The notes under the pieces were generated by a model. The model searched no databases. It was not told the DNA's origin and saw only the letters and a list, made by a program, of their open reading frames with translations. Positions 8,003 through 14,344 of a DNA stretch of 14,344 nt are shown here, one piece after another; within the stretch, counting starts at the first letter, position 1; the number at the start of each line of letters is the position of its first letter. Origin of the DNA: an uncultured Nitrososphaeraceae archaeon (lineage in GTDB: Archaea; Thermoproteota; Nitrososphaeria; Nitrososphaerales; Nitrososphaeraceae); the NCBI GenBank assembly GCA_963728595.1, contig CAVSLF010000006.1:1-14344 (forward strand), written 5' to 3'. The translations under genes were made by a program, and so were the position numbers.

Positions 8003-8272
8003 CACATAAAATAGCACGCTCTGATAAATGTAGGAATTTATGATATACGTGGTTTCCATAGCATCCAAACGTAAGATTAATGAAATTTATTATTAGTGTT
8101 TCATGTTTGTATGATCATGGGAAACGCATTAAGCACATTGCCGTTTGATGGGGAATCCCTGTGATGTGACAAAGCACGAATGTCTTGTCATGAGTCAGTG
8201 GATGTTCTAGAGAACTAAGAATCATAACTAGCTGTTTTTTCAAGTACTCTTCATTTAGAATACATTGTTATT

Positions 8273-9040
8273 TCAATTCATAGATAGATCCTTGATTTGC
8301 ATGCGCACTCTCACCACTTTTCCGATTATTATTACGGAAGGAGGCCGCACCGAATGTTTCTTCACCTTAGTTGCGACCTCACCTAACTTGCTAATGATGA
8401 TTCTCTGCTTACTTGTGGTAGCATTTTCAACAACAGCAACTTCTGTGTTTGTATCCAAGCCACCTTGGATCAACTTCTTGGCAATAGTACTTATCCTTTC
8501 CAGACCCATCAATACGACAATGGTATCAACTGACCTTGCGAGTTGGCGCCAATTAACAACTCCATCATCCTTCTTTGCATCTACATGTCCCGTTACGACT
8601 GCTAAAGACGAAGAATATCTTCTGTGTGTTAATGGTATACCTGCATAACCTGCTGCACCGGCAAAAGATGAAATACCAGGAATTATCTCATGCTCTACAT
8701 GGTGTGAAGCTAAGAACTCTGCTTCTTCACCACCTCTCCCAAAAATAAAAGGGTCGCCACCCTTCAGACGGAGTATTTTTTTCCCTTGATTAGCAAAATT
8801 AAGCATAAGATTATTTGTCTTTTTTTGAGTTCCCGTCGGATCTCCTGATGCCCTCCCTACATAAATTTTCTTTGACGTCTGTGATGCAAGTTCGAGAATT
8901 TCTCGACTTACTAGCCGATCGTGAAGAATTATATCGCATGTTTGAAGAAGTCTAGTGGCCCTCACGGTTAAAAGCTCTGGGTCGCCTGGCCCTGCACCAC
9001 ATATGAAGACTTTCCCTTTTGATTTCACAGATTGTTCCAT
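8273..9040 (-). CDS. cobA: Uroporphyrinogen-III C-methyltransferase (SUMT, CobA/SirA)
   Basis: GAGPGDPELLT, DRLV, RLKGGDPFIFGRGGEE, PGISS, GIPLTHR and VVLMG. The start is placed at ATG 9040 (MEQSVK); the ORF is open to 9061. Confidence 0.95.
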   Translation of the reverse strand: MEQSVKSKGKVFICGAGPGDPELLTVRATRLLQTCDIILHDRLVSREILELASQTSKKIYVGRASGDPTGTQKKTNNLMLNFANQGKKILRLKGGDPFIFGRGGEEAEFLASHHVEHEIIPGISSFAGAAGYAGIPLTHRRYSSSLAVVTGHVDAKKDDGVVNWRQLARSVDTIVVLMGLERISTIAKKLIQGGLDTNTEVAVVENATTSKQRIIISKLGEVATKVKKHSVRPPSVIIIGKVVRVRMQIKDLSMN

Positions 9041-9975
9041 GAATCCAACGCCTCTCTCCAACCATTCGCCATATCTTCGATCCCGTTTCGAATTAACGTC
9101 CGTGCCATTTCTTTACCAATTGCTATTGCCTGATTTGCTGCACCAATTTTTTCCAGCTTTATTGATTTTTTTCCATCAGCAGAAAATGCCTTAACACGCA
9201 ATCTAACAGTCTTATTTTTAGTATCATAAATAGCTAGCGCGCCCACGGGGAATCTGCAGCCAGCCATGATATCATTCATCAGAGTACGTTCTGCATCAAT
9301 AGATATTCGTGAAGGTCGATGTTCGATTTTTCTCAGTAAAGATATAAGCCCCTTGTTATCTTTTCTGCATACCACCGCCATGGCTCCTTGTCCCGGAGCT
9401 GGACAAAAGTCCTCTGTATCAAATCTTTCTGCTATTACATCATTCATCCCAAGCCGCATGAGGCCAGCTTCCGCCAATACTATGGCATCGTATTGTCCGG
9501 AAAACACTTTCTGTATTCTAGTTTCTATGTTTCCTCGTATTGGTACCACATTTATATCTTGGTTGATTAGCAAAATCTGAATTGCTCTTCGTAAGCTACT
9601 TGTTCCGATCTTAGATCCGGTCTGCAGATCCTTGAGATTTATCTTTTTCACAGCTATCATTACATCTCGAGGATCAGCTCTTTTTGGTATCGCGGCAATT
9701 GTCAATTCCTTGTGAAAATCTGTTGGAATATCTTTAAGACTGTGAACGGCGAAATCTGCTTTCCCGTTCAGAACTGCATTATTGACCTCCCTTTCGAACA
9801 ATCCTTTTCTATCCATGGAGAACAATGGACGCTTGTCAACATCACCTTTTGTTCGGACAGAAGTGATTTCAAAATTATCAATTCCACATAATCTTGATAA
9901 TTCGTGTAATACAATTTCTGTCTGTTTGATGGCAAGTTTACTTTTTCGTGATGCTACCTTATATTTTATCTTCAA
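9025..9975 (-). CDS. hemC: Hydroxymethylbilane synthase (porphobilinogen deaminase)
   Basis: ASRKSKLA, TKGD, AVHSLKD, GTSSLRR, RGNIETR, PAPGQGA and cofactor Cys in GCRFPVG. Confidence 0.96.
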   Translation of the reverse strand: MKIKYKVASRKSKLAIKQTEIVLHELSRLCGIDNFEITSVRTKGDVDKRPLFSMDRKGLFEREVNNAVLNGKADFAVHSLKDIPTDFHKELTIAAIPKRADPRDVMIAVKKINLKDLQTGSKIGTSSLRRAIQILLINQDINVVPIRGNIETRIQKVFSGQYDAIVLAEAGLMRLGMNDVIAERFDTEDFCPAPGQGAMAVVCRKDNKGLISLLRKIEHRPSRISIDAERTLMNDIMAGCRFPVGALAIYDTKNKTVRLRVKAFSADGKKSIKLEKIGAANQAIAIGKEMARTLIRNGIEDMANGWREALDSWNNL

Positions 9976-11241
9976 CTTTCTTTCACATCAAGCAGGGCCC
10001 TCGAATATGCATCAATTGTCAAATCAATATCTTCTTCAAGATGGCCATATGAAATAAAGCAAGTCTCAAATTGTGAAGGTGGAACGAATACCCCCAATCT
10101 CACTAGTTGATCGAAGACCTTTTTGTAAAGTTCTCTGTTGCTCCTTCTTGCGTCAACCGCGTTTTCAACTTTCCCATCAGCAAAGAAAATCTGAAACATA
10201 GATCCAATATGGTTAAGCTGATAATTGTGACCAGAATCTTCAAGCTGATCTCTAATTCCATTTACCAAAGAATCACAAAGTTTGGTTATCCTCGGATAAA
10301 TATCATTTTTTGCCTTAGATAATTTTTGAATTGTAGCTATGCCAGCGGTAACTGAAATTGGATTCCCAGCATACGTACTTCCCTGATATACTAATCCTTT
10401 GGGATAGAACTGTTCTAATATGTCCTTTCTTCCCGCTACGACAGAAAGTGGAAATCCATTTCCAATTGCTTTGCCAAAGGTAGAAATATCAGGCCTGATT
10501 CCAAAGTATTCTGACGCTCCCCCAATGCTTAATCTGAATCCTGTTACTATTTCATCGAATATTAGGAGAATACCGTTTTCTTCAGTAATTCTTCGTATTC
10601 TGTTAAGGAAATCTTGTTTTGGAATAATGAGACCCATATTCGCAAGAATCGGCTCAACTATCAAACAAGCGATGTCTGAATGTCTCTTCACTAGCTCTTC
10701 TAACGCGGTAAAATCATTGTATGGAACTAGTAAGGTATTTTTTGAAGATTCGGACAGATTATCTTCCACTGACGAGGATTCTGCCACACCTGATCCAGCA
10801 TTTACGAGAACATCATCATAAGATCCGTGGTAGCATCCATCAAATTTAACAATCTTCTTCTTTGACGTAAATGATCTCAGCTAGTCTAATTGCATGCATT
10901 GTTGCTTCTGAGCCCGTGTTCATTATTCTGACCATTTCCGTGTTTGGGATCGTTTTACATAACAATTCTGCTAACTCTACCTCTTGTTCTGTCGGCATAC
11001 AATATAGGGTGCCTTTATCCAATTGAAGTTTGATCAAATCAATAACTTCAGGATAAGCATGACCCAATAGTACAGCCCCATAACCCATGCAATAATCCAG
11101 TAACGTATGGTGATCACATGTTACTATTTTGGATCCTTTGCCCGAGGAAATGAATAAAGGATAGGGATCGTAAAAACGGACTGGACTATTAACCCCGCAT
11201 GGAATTCTTAATTTTGCTCTTTTGAATAAGTTTTCTGACAA
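9972..11241 (-). pseudogene. hemL: Glutamate-1-semialdehyde 2,1-aminomutase, split by one extra base at ~10878 (probably intact in vivo)
   Basis: The 5' ORF has GVNSPVR, LLGHA and NTGSEATMHAIRLA. The 3' ORF has DEIVTGFR, TFGKAIG (PLP Lys) and PSQFE. Deleting one base restores AIRLARSFTSKKKIVKFDGCYHGSYD and a 422-aa protein. Confidence 0.93.
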
Positions 11242-11297
11242 ATTTACTTCATGTTATTTCTCCAAACTGTTATAATCGTATCGAGGTAAGAGATGTG

Positions 11298-12302
11298 CTA
11301 CTCTAACAGCAATTCAGCCAATTTTTTTGCATGATAAGTAATGATAATATCGGCTCCCGCTCTTTTAATACATGTAGTAAATTCACTTACAACTTCATCT
11401 TCATCAATAAAACCCTCCAAAGCGGCGGCCTTTACCATTGCATATTCTCCTGAAACGCTATACGCACATACCGGCAATAGGGTTGACATTTTTGCCCTAT
11501 ATATCAAATCGAGATAAGGCAGCGCCGGTTTAACCATTATTATATCAGCCCCTTCCTGTGAATCTAGGCTAATTTCTTGCATGGCCTCTTTTGAATTAGT
11601 GTAGGGCATTTGATAGGATTTCCTATCTCCCTGAGAGGGCAAGGAGTGTGCTGCGTCCCTAAATGGAGCATAAAGATTAGAAGAGAGCTTTGCTGAGTAT
11701 CCCATTATTCCAACATCCATAAAGTTCGCCGCATCAAGTGATTGACGAATGGCTCGTACTTGGCCATCCATCATTGCCGAAGGGGCAACAAAATCAACAC
11801 CTGAATTGGCATGACTTACCGCTATTTTTCCCAGTATTCTCAAACTCTTATCATTATCAACCAATCCATTGTGAATAATGCCACATTGTCCGCTGGTAGT
11901 ATACTGGCAAAGACAAACATCACTAATTAGAACTATTTTATCAGAAAAATTTTTTCGGAGCAATCCAACTGACCGTTGTACGACACCATCACTATGGAAT
12001 GCTGAACTACCATTGCTGTCTTTGGCTTTTGGAAGGCCAAAGATCAGGAATGCCTTTAGGCCAAGTTTGTAAAGAGATTCTATGTTTTTTAGCACATCAT
12101 CTGGGGGCAATCTAAAAATTCCTGGCATTGATTCTACTTCGAGTGGTTCTTTCAGTCCCTCCTGAATAAACAGTGGACAGACCAGATCGTCTACAGATAA
12201 ACGGGTTTCCTGAACAAGTTTTCTTATGGAAGAAGTTCTTCTCAAGCGTCTGAGCCTAACTTCTGGAAACTTGCGGGCATACAATATCTCACCTTTCTTC
12301 AT
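11298..12302 (-). CDS. hemB: Porphobilinogen synthase (ALA dehydratase), Zn-type
   Basis: RLRRLR, DVCLCQYTTSGQCG (three Zn Cys), PSAMMDG, YSAK, PFRDAA, MVKPA and YSVSGEY. Confidence 0.96.
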   Translation of the reverse strand: MKKGEILYARKFPEVRLRRLRRTSSIRKLVQETRLSVDDLVCPLFIQEGLKEPLEVESMPGIFRLPPDDVLKNIESLYKLGLKAFLIFGLPKAKDSNGSSAFHSDGVVQRSVGLLRKNFSDKIVLISDVCLCQYTTSGQCGIIHNGLVDNDKSLRILGKIAVSHANSGVDFVAPSAMMDGQVRAIRQSLDAANFMDVGIMGYSAKLSSNLYAPFRDAAHSLPSQGDRKSYQMPYTNSKEAMQEISLDSQEGADIIMVKPALPYLDLIYRAKMSTLLPVCAYSVSGEYAMVKAAALEGFIDEDEVVSEFTTCIKRAGADIIITYHAKKLAELLLE

Positions 12303-13564
12303 AATTGAAAATCCTAGATATGATACTTAATAGCTCTTCATTTTTCTCATAATTTCCAATTTCTTTACGGAAATTATTCATTGGTGTTGAAAGGATACCT
12401 TCAACTATGGCGAATGACAGCTGTTCCAGAACTTTGTATTCTTTCGACCCAGATTCCACCCCAAGTACCTTTACTGCCTTCCTTAGTTCTTTCTCTCTAA
12501 CTTCATCGACCCTCTTAAAAATTGAAACGACAAACGGTTCCGCTTTCATCTTCCTGAACAATGCATCTATGCGTTCCATTTCTTTGTCAATCAAAGTTTC
12601 GGCATATCTAATCTCGTGTTGCCTATGTCGCATGTTCCTATCTACAATCTCGGCTATTTGGTCCATATTGACTAGCTTTACACCAGGTATAGAAGCGACG
12701 TTGTCCTCTACTGTTCGTGGATTGGAAAGGTCAAATATCATCATTCCATGTTTTCTTTGGGTCATTCCAGTCTGAACTCTATCAAAGGTCACAAGATAGT
12801 ATGGAGCCGTAGTTGAAACAAATATTAGGTCAACGTTGTCAAATGAAGTCAACGCAGCTTCGAATTCAATTGGCTTCCCTCCAGCTGTTTGAGCAAAAGA
12901 CTTGGCTCGTTCGTAAGTTCTGCTAGCCACCATGAAACCAACATGTCGTTTGGTCAAAGACTTGGCAATGAGGCTTGCACTTTCACCTGTTCCTATAACC
13001 AGTACAGTTCTTGTCCTGCAAATCATCAAAATAATCTTCAGCCAAGTTAACTGCTATTGAGCCAATGGAAACACTGCCCTTATTCAAGCCTGTTTGATTT
13101 CTAATTCTAGTTCCAGTTTTAATTGCATGACTGAAGACTAAAGACAGGTAAGAGCCGGCATGTTTGTTATGACGAGCGAATTCAAAGGCTCGTTTGACTT
13201 GTCCAAGAACTTGGTCTTCACCCACCACCAATGATTCTAGTCCCGAGGTCAAACTCAAAAGATGTCTGAATGCGTTATTGTCCTCACTAATTTCTATGAA
13301 TTTCACTAAGGAATCGGACAGGTCAGTCACTGAAACCCATTTTTGGAGTATTTCTTGAGGCAACTGATTCTGGATGGCAACAAATAATTCTACACGATTA
13401 CATGTTTGCACTATCACGCATTCCTTAACCTTATGGTTGCCTAAGAACAACTCGTTCGCCTCGTTTACATCCTTGAATGCAAATTTTTCGAGTACGTGAA
13501 TTGGTGCGTTCTTGTAAGTGACTCGAAGATTTACTAATTTCAAGGAATCATCGCCGTTCGGCAT
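12289..13564 (-). pseudogene. hemA: Glutamyl-tRNA reductase, split by one extra base at ~13008 (probably intact in vivo)
   Basis: The 5' ORF has TCNRVE (catalytic Cys), SGLESLVVGEDQVLGQV and SIGSIAV. The 3' ORF has VIGTGE and DLSNPR. Deleting one base gives DLQDKTVLVIGTGE and 424 aa. ATG 13564 overlaps the sirC stop (TAATG). Confidence 0.93.
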
Positions 13565-14232
13565 TACTTGTGGATCTCCTGCCAATTCTTTATTAGCGTT
13601 CGTGTAATTTTCTTTGCTTCTTCAAGTTTTCTAGATAGTATCAAGTTCTGGATATCCCTATTCTTTAATAAAGAGTAGAGGAATTGTTTACGCTTTTTAA
13701 TAGATTTTATTCTCTGTTTTGCCAAGGTCCTAGCGAAATCCTGCAAGAGTATGTTATCTAAATCAGAAGTTTTTATGATTCTATGCAAAATTCTTTCTAT
13801 TCTTATCCTTAATTTTCTAGCCATGATTGGACTTTTTCCATAAGTAGAGATTGCTACTTGCATGACACCTTCAATGTTTGTTAAGGATGCGTATGAAAAA
13901 TCACTTACTGCAGGGTCATCGGCAGCGTAAACAAATGCTCCCATTGCCCGGCCTTTTCTTAAGATCTTCCTATTCAGATCTCTGTAATCAGTGGCGGCCA
14001 AGACAAGAAAAATGTTTTTGAAACTATCCATGAACGATATATCTGTCATTGTTTGTTGAATAATCTTAATCTTATCTTGTTGTCCGAGGTGTAGCAGATC
14101 CTTATTGATCCGAGTGTCAATCACGGTTATATCACATCCCTGCCCTAGCAATCCGTGGACTTTTCGCATTCCTTCAGTCCCTCCTCCAATCACCAATACT
14201 GTCTTGGAGTCCAAATTAAGGTCTACTATCAT
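13564..14232 (-). CDS. sirC: Precorrin-2 dehydrogenase / sirohydrochlorin ferrochelatase family protein (SirC/Met8/CysG N-terminal)
   Basis: VLVIGGGxxGxRK, AATD, ADDPxxSDF and AISTYGKSPxMARKLR. The start is placed at ATG 14232; the ORF is open to GTG 14241. Confidence 0.9.
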   Translation of the reverse strand: MIVDLNLDSKTVLVIGGGTEGMRKVHGLLGQGCDITVIDTRINKDLLHLGQQDKIKIIQQTMTDISFMDSFKNIFLVLAATDYRDLNRKILRKGRAMGAFVYAADDPAVSDFSYASLTNIEGVMQVAISTYGKSPIMARKLRIRIERILHRIIKTSDLDNILLQDFARTLAKQRIKSIKKRKQFLYSLLKNRDIQNLILSRKLEEAKKITRTLIKNWQEIHK

Positions 14233-14344
14233 TTTAAGCACCTACAGATATATGCACTTGTGAAGTTGAATTTTCTTTATTTAATCGTTCCATTATGAGT
14301 CATTTTTATTGGATGGCTATTTTCCATACCATGAATAAATTGTA

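Noticed and set aside
4998..8159. 12-bp repeat ATGGGGAATCCC at 4998-5009 and 8148-8159
   Set aside because: One copy is inside the DUF655 coding sequence, there are only two copies and there is no flanking similarity; chance is plausible.
8100..8270. Cobalamin riboswitch between cobA and hemD
   Set aside because: No B12-box or conserved core is recognisable on the sense (minus) strand.

Overview
AT-rich archaeal housekeeping region, most consistent with an ammonia-oxidising archaeon (Nitrososphaerota, probably Nitrososphaeraceae). This is inferred from the protein types (Rpo4, eL21, RadA, DUF655), the gene order and frequent TTG starts. The right half is a minus-strand tetrapyrrole cluster: sirC-hemA-hemB-hemL-hemC-cobA-[~475 bp gap]-hemD. 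It is followed by radA and the conserved rpl21e-rpo4-DUF655-ksgA-HemK2 string. The left part holds a convergent isocitrate dehydrogenase, a membrane-anchored His/Cys protein, a metallophosphoesterase and RNase HI. No rRNA, tRNA, CRISPR or mobile element was seen. Points worth a second look: (i) three separate single-base insertions in hemA, hemL and the hemD 3' end (sequencing error more likely than decay or recoding); (ii) an unexplained insert between cobA and hemD with a 67-aa, 7-Cys ORF and a possible antisense small transcript with a hairpin; (iii) a perfect TAATCGGT-N2-ACCGATTA palindrome over the promoter of a divergent RadA. I see no convincing large novel system.
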